From: Minisyncoccota bacterium | Lineage (GTDB): Bacteria > Patescibacteriota > Minisyncoccia > Phycocordibacterales > UBA6065 | Length of the DNA stretch: 64,000 nucleotides | Reading direction: 5' to 3' | Assembly (NCBI GenBank): GCA_036400935.1 | Contig: DASWWW010000001.1 | Span: 46,096-110,095, forward strand | Shown here: positions 9,338 through 17,899 of the stretch, piece after piece | Layout: every line of letters begins with the position of its first letter | Position numbering within the stretch: the stretch's first letter is position 1 | Translations under genes and position numbers: made by a program | The notes under the pieces: model-generated | The model's database searches: none | What the model was told of the DNA's origin: nothing | Seen by the model: only the letters and a program-made list of their open reading frames with translations

Positions 9338-10090
9338 ATGAGTACCACTGATACAAGTGCTGGTGCGAAAAACGACGGACGGTTCGCTCACACGCTCGGG
9401 GAGGAGTACGAGTTGCTACTGAAATCGATGCCTCATTATAGCGAGGTTCAGTGGAGGATCGGCCAGATCATTGGGAAAAGGTTTGAGGGCAAACCCGTTT
9501 CTAAGGTCAAGGTCCTTGAAATCGGCTGCGGTACCGGTATCACTACGCGGGCGATTCTCGGGTGCGATGTGAGGACGGAGATCTGGGCTGTCGACAACGA
9601 GAAGGTGATGCTCGAGCAGGCAAGGGCCATGGTAAAGGGTCTGCGCGCCCAAAGCCGTGTTCATTTCGAGCAGCACGACATCTTGGTCTTCCTCGGGACG
9701 GTTCCGGATAGCTACTTCGATGTCGTCGCTTCTGCCTGGGTGCTCCATAACTTCGAGAATGGTTTACGTGAGGAAATCATGAAAGAAATCTATCGGGTGC
9801 TCAAGCCGGGAGGGCTTTTCGTGAACGGCGACAAGTATGCCCACGACGATCTCGCCGAGCGGGCATCGAGGCTCGCTGAGCAGATCCGACGCTTTGACGT
9901 CTACGATGGCATGGGCCGCTCGGACTACAAGGCGGAGTGGATCGCTCACTACGTGCAGGACGAGCGTCCGGAAGTGATCTGGATCGAAGGTGAGGCGAAG
10001 AAGCAGATGCACCGGCTCGGCTTCGAGATGGTTGGTCCGATTTATCGCTGCCTCATGGAGGCCGTGATGGTCGGGACCAAGCCGGTCTGA
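9338..10090 (+). CDS. class I SAM-dependent methyltransferase
   Basis: Motif I VLEIGCGTGITT; post-I acidic residue; VLKPGGLFVNGD motif. Confidence 0.7.
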   Translation: MSTTDTSAGAKNDGRFAHTLGEEYELLLKSMPHYSEVQWRIGQIIGKRFEGKPVSKVKVLEIGCGTGITTRAILGCDVRTEIWAVDNEKVMLEQARAMVKGLRAQSRVHFEQHDILVFLGTVPDSYFDVVASAWVLHNFENGLREEIMKEIYRVLKPGGLFVNGDKYAHDDLAERASRLAEQIRRFDVYDGMGRSDYKAEWIAHYVQDERPEVIWIEGEAKKQMHRLGFEMVGPIYRCLMEAVMVGTKPV

Positions 10091-10225
10091 GCTTATCAGG
10101 AGAGTTGGAAGACTCATTAAAACTTTCAGCCTGCATCTCGATCGATGCAGGTTCCTACGAGGCTTACGACGCAAGTGCGTCGCGGGTCTCCAGGAATAGG
10201 ACATTGAAATATTTCAGCTTTCTCT

Positions 10226-10975
10226 ATGAAAACGACACTGCTGCTAGTTGCTATCGCATCAGTCGCGCTCCTTTCGAGCGGGACTTCCGCTTCGGAGTCA
10301 AAAGGACCGAGCGTTACCGTAGGGACTTTGATTACTAACAAGTATCTGGCCTCGGGGACAGGCTCGACGCTGAGTCGGGATCCAGCGCTCCAGTCGGATC
10401 TATTCGTTATGTTTCCAAATGGCTTCTACGTAGATCTCTGGAATTCCAGAAGCCTTCGCGGCTCATGGGATGACGGAAGCCTTGGCAACGAGGTGGACTA
10501 CAGCGTTGGCTGGAAGGGCGCGGTTGCTGAGGGCGCAAGTCTGAACGTTGCCACGTCCTACTTCGACGAGCCGAGGGCTTTCGATCTTGGTAAAGGCGAC
10601 ATTCTCTATACACGCGCGTTTCTGACCAAGGGCTTCAAGCTCTTGCCTGTCACGATCGGGTATGAGAACTATGTCGCTATGCCTAGCTCGGGTTTCCGCG
10701 GCGGGAGCCTGGTTAGCCTGGGCTCGGGCAAGTCTTGGTCTGGGATCGAGAGCAAGATCTCGGCGCGCGTCTCGGCTGCTGCGGTGTATGACTTCGGCAC
10801 GCTAGGCACTTCGAGCGGAGTGATATTTCGAGGCGGCGCAGGCATTGACTGGAAAGCCTCGAAGCGTCTGACCGTCAATCTGATTGGAGCGAATTGGTTT
10901 GTTCCGGTAACTCCTCGGGATAAGCGATCATCAGACGTCGCTTTCTCTACTGGCGTTACGTGGAGTGTGAAATAG
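10226..10975 (+). CDS. secreted beta-rich protein of unknown function (signal peptide), paralog of 14891..15628
   Basis: MKTTLLLVAIASVALLSSGTSASE signal peptide; Gly/Ser/Tyr/Trp-rich alternating pattern; same length class and position in module as the 14891 gene. Confidence 0.5.
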   Translation: MKTTLLLVAIASVALLSSGTSASESKGPSVTVGTLITNKYLASGTGSTLSRDPALQSDLFVMFPNGFYVDLWNSRSLRGSWDDGSLGNEVDYSVGWKGAVAEGASLNVATSYFDEPRAFDLGKGDILYTRAFLTKGFKLLPVTIGYENYVAMPSSGFRGGSLVSLGSGKSWSGIESKISARVSAAAVYDFGTLGTSSGVIFRGGAGIDWKASKRLTVNLIGANWFVPVTPRDKRSSDVAFSTGVTWSVK

Positions 10976-11042
10976 TCGCTTTGTCAGATTCAAGCCCGCA
11001 TCATGAAAATGATGTGGGTTTTTATTTTGCTATGTGACAAAT

Positions 11043-11070
11043 AAAAAACCGCCCAGTGAGCGGTTTTTTT
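11043..11070. terminator. hairpin aaaaaaccgcccagtgagcggttttttt (near-identical copy at 11721-11751)
   Basis: Perfect stem with symmetric A/T runs; bidirectional. Confidence 0.5.
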
Positions 11071-11183
11071 GCTACTATCGCTTAGCACTAGTAGGGAACA
11101 GGCGGCACATATGCGGGCGTGGTTTAATGGTAGAACGATTGCCTTCCAAGCAGTACGTCCGGGTTCGATTCCCGGCGCCCGCA
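11064..11183 (+). repeat. copy 2 of the ~120 bp tRNA-Gly-containing direct repeat
   Basis: Identical to 6853-6972. Confidence 0.9.
11113..11183 (+). tRNA. tRNA-Gly (anticodon TCC), copy 2, followed by encoded CCA (11184-11186)
   Basis: Sequence identical to copy 1; 3' context gcaCCAacaa differs from copy 1 (gcacaaactc). Confidence 0.8.
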
Positions 11184-11192
11184 CCAACAAAT

Positions 11193-11218
11193 GGAAAATC
11201 CCCGGAAGGGGATTTTTC
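11193..11218. terminator. hairpin ggaaaatccccggaaggggatttttc (second copy)
   Basis: Identical stem-loop to 8243-8266. Confidence 0.5.
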
Positions 11219-11231
11219 ATTGCCAGCATTG

Positions 11232-11693
11232 CTAGACTTCCTCGTATTCAAACCCGATCATTTTCGTATCTTCCTCATTATAGAAAGCCTTTGCCTTGAT
11301 TCTCTTTCCCTTAAGCACAAGCTCGAGCCAGGCCCTATCTGAGTCCCACATCTTGTCGAAAGGAACCGCATCGAACGCGAACCAACGGGGAAGCGCCATC
11401 TCTTCTGTCTCGATAAAATCGCCTCGCCACGCGCGGACAAAGAATACGTGGCATTCGAATGTCGCTACGCCGCCTTTGGAAAAGCTAATAGTCGCCACCT
11501 TTTCTAGATCCTGCTCGTTCGCGGATATACCGCTTTCCTCATTGAGCTCGCGCATCGCAGCCGCCTCGACCCTTTCGCCCGTCTGGACCTTGCCTCCATA
11601 TCCGTTTAGACGCCCTGCGCCATGCCCGCGCCGCTTCTCGGAAAGCAGTATTTGACCGTCTTTGACAGGGAATACGATGGTGGCGACTTTCAT
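11232..11693 (-). CDS. NUDIX hydrolase (MutT-like)
   Basis: Nudix box GYGGKVQTGERVEAAAMRELNEESGI. Confidence 0.75.
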   Translation of the reverse strand: MKVATIVFPVKDGQILLSEKRRGHGAGRLNGYGGKVQTGERVEAAAMRELNEESGISANEQDLEKVATISFSKGGVATFECHVFFVRAWRGDFIETEEMALPRWFAFDAVPFDKMWDSDRAWLELVLKGKRIKAKAFYNEEDTKMIGFEYEEV

Positions 11694-11720
11694 GAGCTAA
11701 GTATAGCCCAGGTACCTGCA

Positions 11721-11751
11721 GCAAAAAACCGCCCAGTGGGCGGTTTTTTGC
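11721..11751. terminator. hairpin gcaaaaaaccgcccagtgggcggttttttgc
   Basis: Near-identical to 11043-11070 (tgag vs tggg loop); sits between the convergent NUDIX and HU genes. Confidence 0.5.
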
Positions 11752-11765
11752 AATTCTGATCAGAA

Positions 11766-12038
11766 TTATTTGACTGAGTCCTTGAGAGCCTTAGCTGCTC
11801 GGAACTTAGGAACCTTCATAGCTGGGACCGAGATGGTCTCGCCGGTTCGAGGATTTCGTGCCTGTCGAGCCTTTCGCATCTTCACTGAGAAGATACCGAG
11901 GCCTGCGATAGAAACTTCATCGCCCTTCTTGAGGCCTGCGACGATAGAGTCGAAAACCTTGTCGACTACCTGCTCTGCCTGTACCTTCGTTGTATTAAGA
12001 ACTCCGTGTACTGCTTCTACGATTGCTGCTTTGTTCAT
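11766..12038 (-). CDS. hup: DNA-binding protein HU
   Basis: MNKAAIVEAV...GDEVSIAGLGIFSVKMRKARQARNPRTGETISVPAMKVPKFRAAKALKD; full HU/IHF fold signature. Confidence 0.85.
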   Translation of the reverse strand: MNKAAIVEAVHGVLNTTKVQAEQVVDKVFDSIVAGLKKGDEVSIAGLGIFSVKMRKARQARNPRTGETISVPAMKVPKFRAAKALKDSVK

Positions 12039-12247
12039 GATATGGAAATTACCTTTAATAATACGAACTTACTTGCGCTGGATTTTCATCGAGCGCTTTC
12101 CACTCGGTAGTCGAGGGGTTGGTCTATATAGATTATATAAGAAGCCATTTTTTAGGCAAATAGCGAAAATATGGCTCTGTTGACAACTGTGGATAAGAAA
12201 AAAGTAGAAATAATAAAACGGCTCTGTTGAGCCGTTTTATTAGGTAT

Positions 12248-13777
12248 CTATCGGGCGAATTCCGTAATCCTATTTTCCCGAATTAGCGTGACTTTAATTT
12301 CTCCTGGGTACTTTAGATCCTGCTCTATCTTTTCAGCTACGGCGCGCGCCATGTTCTTTGCTTCGATATCCGAAACCTGATCTGGCTTCACAAAAATGCG
12401 GATTTCGCGACCGGCCTGGAGGGCGTACGCCTTCTCGACGCCGCTCATTCCCGTGGCGATTGCCTCCAAATCCTGCAATCGCTTGATGTAGTTCTCGACG
12501 CTGTCGTGTCGGGCTCCTGGTCGGGCTCCAGATATGGCGTCCGCCACCTGAACGATGATGGATTCGACGGTTTCGTACGGATATTCGTCGTGATGGGCCT
12601 GCATGGCCTTGATTATGGCCTCATCCGCGCCGAATTTCTGCAAAATACGGCGTCCGATCTCGACATGGGAGCCCTGAACCTCGTGGTCGAGGGCCTTTCC
12701 GATGTCGTGAACGAGGGCTCCGGCCTTTGCTACGGCCACATTTGCGCCCAATTCCTCGGCAATCATGCCTGCGACGTGCGCCATCTCAACGGAATGCTGC
12801 AAAACGTTCTGTCCATACGATGTTCGGAAGTAGAGGCGGCCTAAAATGGCTATGATTCGTGGATCGAGATTCATAACGCCCACTTCGTAGGCTGCCTGCT
12901 CGCCCTTTTCCTTGATTACTCTATTTATGTCCTCGCGAGCCTTCTCTACGAGCTTTTCGATCTTTGCTGGCTGTATGCGGCCATCTTTTATGAGCTCCTC
13001 GAGGGCCATTCGGGCGATCTGGCGGCGGATAGGGTCGAATGACGACAATATAATGGTGCCCGGGGTGTCGTCGACGATGACTTCTACGCCGGTAACTCGC
13101 TCAAAGCTCTTGATATTTCGGCCTTCCTTGCCGATGATCTTGCCCTTGATCTCGTCAGAGGCGATCGTGATAGAGGTGGAAAAAATATCAGAACCTACGG
13201 CGTTTCCGAGGCGGTGTATAGCGGTCGCGAGGATATCCTTGGCGCGGGCCTCGATCTTGTCCTGGTTGGCGCGCTCCAATTTCTGCATGCGCACGAGCAA
13301 ATCGTCGCTATACTTGTTCTCGGTTGTCTTTATGATCTCTTCTTTGGCCTGCTCCTGAGTGAGGCGGGCTGTTGTTTCGAGGGCATTCTGCCTGTCGGCA
13401 AGGAGCTTGTCGGCGCGCTCCTTGATAGAGCGGATTTCAGCGGCCTTGGCCTTGATGGATTCGACTTCGGAATCGAGGTCTGCCTGGCGTTTTTCGAGGG
13501 AATCCTCCTTCTTTATGAGGCGATCCTCGATTGCCTTTGCCTTTTCCTCCTTTTCTTTGACCTCCTGGCGCAATTCCTTCATCGTATCGGCGGCTTTCTG
13601 TTCCGCGTCGAGGACGATTTTCTTGGCCTGCTCTTCGGCGGTCAGAAGGGCGTGCTTGAGGTCTGTTTCGATAGATCGCTTCTTTGCGAGCGCGATCAAA
13701 AGACGCGCCCAATATCCAAGGGCCGCGCCTCCGATCATGGTCGCCGTAGCGAGCAAGAGGGCGTATATAAGTGACAT
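12248..13777 (-). CDS. rny: ribonuclease Y
   Basis: N-terminal TM, coiled coil, KH domain (IIGKEGRNIKSFERVTGVEVIVDD), HD domain (HSVEMAHVAGMIAEELG...VHDIGKA). Confidence 0.9.
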   Translation of the reverse strand: MSLIYALLLATATMIGGAALGYWARLLIALAKKRSIETDLKHALLTAEEQAKKIVLDAEQKAADTMKELRQEVKEKEEKAKAIEDRLIKKEDSLEKRQADLDSEVESIKAKAAEIRSIKERADKLLADRQNALETTARLTQEQAKEEIIKTTENKYSDDLLVRMQKLERANQDKIEARAKDILATAIHRLGNAVGSDIFSTSITIASDEIKGKIIGKEGRNIKSFERVTGVEVIVDDTPGTIILSSFDPIRRQIARMALEELIKDGRIQPAKIEKLVEKAREDINRVIKEKGEQAAYEVGVMNLDPRIIAILGRLYFRTSYGQNVLQHSVEMAHVAGMIAEELGANVAVAKAGALVHDIGKALDHEVQGSHVEIGRRILQKFGADEAIIKAMQAHHDEYPYETVESIIVQVADAISGARPGARHDSVENYIKRLQDLEAIATGMSGVEKAYALQAGREIRIFVKPDQVSDIEAKNMARAVAEKIEQDLKYPGEIKVTLIRENRITEFAR

Positions 13778-13960
13778 ATTTTTATAAAGCCGTCAGCTTT
13801 TAGGGTCTGTGTTGGGCGAAAGAGATTGAGAGATTTCTGAGTCGAAGGGAGGAGGAAAGGGGCGTCCAAGAGATCGTTGATGCGTCCGGCCGGAAATTAA
13901 AGGGGTAACGATTTCATACTACATACAAAGCGGGGGAGTGGCAAGGGTAAGCTGTCGGGC

Positions 13961-14758
13961 CTATGCGATTTTGCTCCCGGCCGAGGATTCGGTGAGCGAC
14001 CACAGCTTCTTGAAGACCTCACGCATGTTGTGGGCGAGCGTCACGTCGTGAATCTCTACCAGGTAGAAAGGGTGCTGCCTGGTTACTGCCATGACAAGAT
14101 AGTCGCCCGCGACCCACACGCTCGATGTGAAATTCATGCCGGGGAGGAAGCGTATGTCGCGCTTTTCTCGCGAAAGCGTGCGCTTCATCTTGTTCTCGAT
14201 GGGCGATATGTTGCTCAGCAGGTGGGCCTTTACTCGGGGGTCCTGATACTGCTTCTGATTCCATACCCACCTGATCCATTCCTCGTAATTCTCGACGAGG
14301 CTGTGATCCTGAAAGCCCCACCAGGTGAAGTCGATTGAGGATATGGCGTCTTGCCACTTGTGAAAATTTTCATAGAGGAAATTCTTGAGGCCGCTTTCCT
14401 CCACGAATCTGATTTTCGGCACGGGATACTCCTTTTCTGCCGTGACGACGCTGAGCTCGTCTATGAGCTTCTTTATAAGCGACTCCTTTTCCTCGAGCTC
14501 GCGGCGCGGCTTCTCGATTATCTGCTTGAGGCTTTCGAGGGGCAGGGGGCTTAGGTACAAGGTCTTTCCGCCCAAGTCTTCGGCAATGATCCCTTTGGTA
14601 AGCAGGCTGCGCGCGATATTGTAGACGGTTGGCCTGCTGATGCCGCAGATTTTGGATAGGGAGGTGGGGGTCATGCGCCCCTTCTTTATAAGGGCGAGAT
14701 AGACTTTTATTTCTTTAGCGTTGAGGCCGATATCGGCGAGTTTCTCATTTAGTGACAT
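13961..14758 (-). CDS. TrmB family transcriptional regulator, paralog of 8276..9058
   Basis: Start moved to MSLNEKLADIGL (14758) by analogy with the paralog; HTH LSKICGISRPTVYNIARSLLTKGI; shared C-terminal motif FTWWGFQDHSLVENYEEWIRWVW. Confidence 0.6.
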   Translation of the reverse strand: MSLNEKLADIGLNAKEIKVYLALIKKGRMTPTSLSKICGISRPTVYNIARSLLTKGIIAEDLGGKTLYLSPLPLESLKQIIEKPRRELEEKESLIKKLIDELSVVTAEKEYPVPKIRFVEESGLKNFLYENFHKWQDAISSIDFTWWGFQDHSLVENYEEWIRWVWNQKQYQDPRVKAHLLSNISPIENKMKRTLSREKRDIRFLPGMNFTSSVWVAGDYLVMAVTRQHPFYLVEIHDVTLAHNMREVFKKLWSLTESSAGSKIA

Positions 14759-14890
14759 AAATGCAGGATATTCTGTTGTCAGAGTTTTGTCAACAAAAGT
14801 CATACAAAAATTGACAATAATGGGGATATCGCTAGGGTTAATAGTTGAAACGTTCGTTCGGCAACCTTGAAAATTCAATATGGGCTTACT

Positions 14891-15628
14891 ATGAAATACC
14901 TGGTGCTTATCCTTAGTCTCACGCTCTGCGTATCCCGGCTGCAGGCCGCAGATTCCAAAATGTCCTGGTCGCTTACGACCAGCGTACTGTCTCAATATAT
15001 CGGGGAGGGCGGTAGCGTCTTTTCCGAAGATCCCGAGCTCATCACGGATCTAATCGCCTTTAAGGGCGACTGGTATGCGGGCTTGTGGGTAGCCACGGGC
15101 CTTAAGGGCGGTTCATATACCAAATCCTACGCCAATGATTACGATCCGTATGTCGGCTGGGCGCGCGCTTTCGGCCCGGTTAAGTACGAAATTACGGCGA
15201 TTTATTTCGCAATCAGCGATCTGCGGCTTATCCGCGACGATATCTGGGTCTTGGATCAGAAAGTCAGCTTTTCGAAATGTCCTGTCGTCCAGCCGTATAT
15301 AAAGGTGCGTTCCGCCTTTGAGATAGGCTCGAAAAGTTTCGAACGCGGGATGTTCGTCTGGGCGGGAATCGGCAAGTCCATCGCCTTGGGCGAATCAAAG
15401 CTGAGTCTCGACCTATCAACCGCGTATTCGGATGGGGCCTACGGAAAAGACTCGGGATGGATATTCGGCCGGGCATATGCCGGTCTGACTATGCCGCTGT
15501 CCAAGAATCTCTCCGTCATGCCCTCGTTCATGTATCAGGTCCCGGCTTCGGGCCAAAAGGGAAACCCTCGCGGGTTTACGAATGGCAATGAAGTCGTCGC
15601 CGGCATATCGATCACTCGCAAGTTCTGA
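14891..15628 (+). CDS. secreted beta-rich protein of unknown function, paralog of 10226..10975
   Basis: Signal peptide MKYLVLILSLTLCVSRLQAADS; similar Gly/Tyr/Trp-rich composition and length. Confidence 0.5.
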   Translation: MKYLVLILSLTLCVSRLQAADSKMSWSLTTSVLSQYIGEGGSVFSEDPELITDLIAFKGDWYAGLWVATGLKGGSYTKSYANDYDPYVGWARAFGPVKYEITAIYFAISDLRLIRDDIWVLDQKVSFSKCPVVQPYIKVRSAFEIGSKSFERGMFVWAGIGKSIALGESKLSLDLSTAYSDGAYGKDSGWIFGRAYAGLTMPLSKNLSVMPSFMYQVPASGQKGNPRGFTNGNEVVAGISITRKF

Positions 15629-15632
15629 CGCC

Positions 15633-16334
15633 ATGCATAACTTACCTCCAGCAGAAATCTATGAGCAGGAGTTCCGTTACATGTCGTGGGGAAAGCTCGT
15701 CGCACAGGTGGCAAAGCGCATCGTCAAAGATGTTCCGCGCGGAGGCAGCGTTCTCGACCTGTGCTGCGGTCCCGGCTACCTCCTCGGGCAGATAAAAAAT
15801 GATCGCCCGGACATTCGTTGCGTCGGCGTCGATCTCGATTCTGAGTTCATCGCTCATGCCCGAAAGCGTTACCCGTCGATAGACTTCGAGATAGGGGACG
15901 TGCTCGCTTGGGATGCAACAGAAAAGTTTGACGCGATCGCTTGCACCGCGGGAGTGCATCATATCCCTCTCGAGAGTCAGGAGAAATTCATCGCGCGCAT
16001 GTCGACCTTTTTTAAGGAAGGCGGCGACATGAAAAGCTTCGCAATTGTCGGCGACCCGTATATCGGCGATTACGAGACCGAGTCGGAGAGGCAGCTCGCG
16101 TCCCTGGAACTCGGTTGCGAGTATCTCGCGGAAGCGATCCGCAACAGCGCGCCGCCGGACGTGGTGAAAGCGGGAATCGGCATCCTGGAGAACGACCTGC
16201 TTCTCGTCGAATGGAAGACGTCGGTCAGAAAGCAGATCGCATGCTTCAGGAGGCACTTCGCCGTCGTCGAAGAGAATCACGTGTGGCCGATAGGGAAGAA
16301 TTTAGGCGACTACTATTTCGTCCTCGGTCGCTGA
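15633..16334 (+). CDS. class I SAM-dependent methyltransferase, second copy in the duplicated module
   Basis: VLDLCCGPGYLLG (motif I), VGVDLDSEF (post-I), FDAIACTAGVHHI; start set at MHNLPP just after the upstream stop. Confidence 0.6.
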   Translation: MHNLPPAEIYEQEFRYMSWGKLVAQVAKRIVKDVPRGGSVLDLCCGPGYLLGQIKNDRPDIRCVGVDLDSEFIAHARKRYPSIDFEIGDVLAWDATEKFDAIACTAGVHHIPLESQEKFIARMSTFFKEGGDMKSFAIVGDPYIGDYETESERQLASLELGCEYLAEAIRNSAPPDVVKAGIGILENDLLLVEWKTSVRKQIACFRRHFAVVEENHVWPIGKNLGDYYFVLGR

Positions 16335-16345
16335 AGCTCCAAAGC

Positions 16346-16379
16346 AAAACCGATCACTCGCAAGAGGATCGGTTTTTTT
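16346..16379. terminator. bidirectional rho-independent terminator between MTase and clpP
   Basis: aaaaccgatcactcgcaagaggatcggttttttt. Confidence 0.5.
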
Positions 16380-16398
16380 CTTTTCTATTTTTTCGAGA

Positions 16399-16977
16399 CT
16401 AGCTGAGTACCTTGTCGACGATGCCGTACTTCTTTGCCTCCTCCGCATCGAGGAAGAAGTCTCGGTCGACATCCTTCTCGATCTGGGCAAGCGGCTTGCC
16501 GGTGTTGTCCGAGAGAATCTTGTTCAGTCGCTCGCGCGTCTTCAGGATGTGCTTCGCGGTGATCGCGATATCGGCCGCCTGGCCCTCGACTCCTCCGAGC
16601 GGCTGATGGATCATGACCTCGGCGTTCGGGAGGACGTATCGCTTTCCTTTTTCTCCCGCAGAGAGAATAACCGCACCCATCGACGCCGCCATTCCAACGC
16701 AGACGGTCGACACGTCGTTCTTCACGTGATTCATCGTATCGATGATCGCGAGTCCCGCGGTAACCGATCCGCCTGGTGAGTTCACGTAGAGCGAGATGTC
16801 TTTTTTAGAATCTTCCGACTGGAGGAAGAGGAGCTGCGCGATCACGGTGTTCGCAACCGCGTCGTCGATCGGGCCTGAGAGGAAGATGATGTTTTCCTTG
16901 AGGAGGCGCGAGTAGATATCATAAGCGCGCTCGCCCATGGTTGTTTTCTCGATGACGGTTGGGATGAGTATAGACAT
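16399..16977 (-). CDS. clpP: ATP-dependent Clp protease proteolytic subunit
   Basis: [10 protein letters not shown]...[17 protein letters not shown]...[14 protein letters not shown]...MIHQPLGG; catalytic Ser-His-Asp context. Confidence 0.9.
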   Translation of the reverse strand: MSILIPTVIEKTTMGERAYDIYSRLLKENIIFLSGPIDDAVANTVIAQLLFLQSEDSKKDISLYVNSPGGSVTAGLAIIDTMNHVKNDVSTVCVGMAASMGAVILSAGEKGKRYVLPNAEVMIHQPLGGVEGQAADIAITAKHILKTRERLNKILSDNTGKPLAQIEKDVDRDFFLDAEEAKKYGIVDKVLS

Positions 16978-17106
16978 ACGTGTTGTGATTAAGGTTTCGA
17001 TAATTGCCCGCGACTGAGGGATAGCGAAACAATATACAAAAAGGCAGGGAAGCGCAATACGGGCGGGCGTGTTTCTTTTTCTGAGAAACTGCCTATACTG
17101 TTACAC

Positions 17107-17802
17107 ATGAGGTTACACCGTTTTTTTCTCACATCAAATATTTCTAAAGGAAAGATAAATTCTTTCTCAAGCCCCTCTCTCACGCACCAGTTGAGCCACG
17201 TTTTTAGGTTGCACGCCGGGGATACCGTCGTATTCTTCGATGGTACGGGCACGGATTACACCTGCGAGATTGTTTCACTCGAGAAGGCCGATGTGATGTT
17301 CCGCGTCGTTGAAACGTCGACCGTGAAACCGCTCTCTGAAACGAAATTGGCCTTGGCGGTCTCCCTTATCAAGAAGGACAACTTCGAATGGATCATTCAG
17401 AAGGGGACCGAGCTCGGCGTATCTGAGTTCATCCCCCTCATCTCTGAGCGCAGCGAGAAGAAGGGTTTCAACATGGAGCGAGCGAACAAGATTATGACCG
17501 AGGCGCTCGAGCAGTCCGGCCGAAGCGACATGGCGGTCGTGCGCGAGCCGATCGCCCTTGCCGATTTTCTCGAGAGTGAAAAGCGTCCGATCACGACGCT
17601 TCATCTGAGCGGCGAGTCTTTCAAGAATGAATTAGCGATCGCGGGAGAGATCGTCCTCTGTATCGGACCTGAGGGCGGATGGTCGGATAAGGAGATCGGC
17701 ATGTTCAAGGAAAAAGGAGCGTCCGTTATCAAACTCAATTCGCCCGTGTTGCGAGCCGAGACTGCGGCAGTCGCAGCGGCAACTTTGTTTCTTGTCCGTT
17801 AA
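17107..17802 (+). CDS. rsmE: 16S rRNA (uracil1498-N3)-methyltransferase
   Basis: C-terminal SPOUT motifs CIGPEGGWSDKEI and LNSPVLRAETAAVAAATL. Confidence 0.8.
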   Translation: MRLHRFFLTSNISKGKINSFSSPSLTHQLSHVFRLHAGDTVVFFDGTGTDYTCEIVSLEKADVMFRVVETSTVKPLSETKLALAVSLIKKDNFEWIIQKGTELGVSEFIPLISERSEKKGFNMERANKIMTEALEQSGRSDMAVVREPIALADFLESEKRPITTLHLSGESFKNELAIAGEIVLCIGPEGGWSDKEIGMFKEKGASVIKLNSPVLRAETAAVAAATLFLVR

Positions 17803-17899
17803 GATCTGTCCTTTAGATAAATTATTTCTAAAGAAAAAATAAAATATTTCTAAAACAAAAAGCTCCGCGATGCGGAGCTTTTTGTTTTCAGTATTTTGA

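Noticed and set aside
2818-12196. Three perfect DnaA-box 9-mers (TTATCCACA at 2818-2826; reverse complement at 5234-5242 and 12188-12196), considered as an oriC marker
   Set aside because: The boxes are 2.4 and 7 kb apart, not clustered. No dnaA/dnaN, AT-rich DUE or box cluster is present, so this is only mild enrichment over chance.
13214-13787. Long plus-strand ORFs (186 and 142 aa) inside the rny locus; similar antisense or alternate-frame ORFs at 39159..40082 (inside pilB), 22027..22734 (inside nusA), 17948..18370 (inside tig), 45792..46757, 42652..43329 and the 410-aa 55622..56854 read-through
   Set aside because: They lie antisense to, or out of frame with, strongly supported conserved genes. 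They have low-complexity Arg/Leu/Ser-rich composition typical of GC-rich shadow ORFs.
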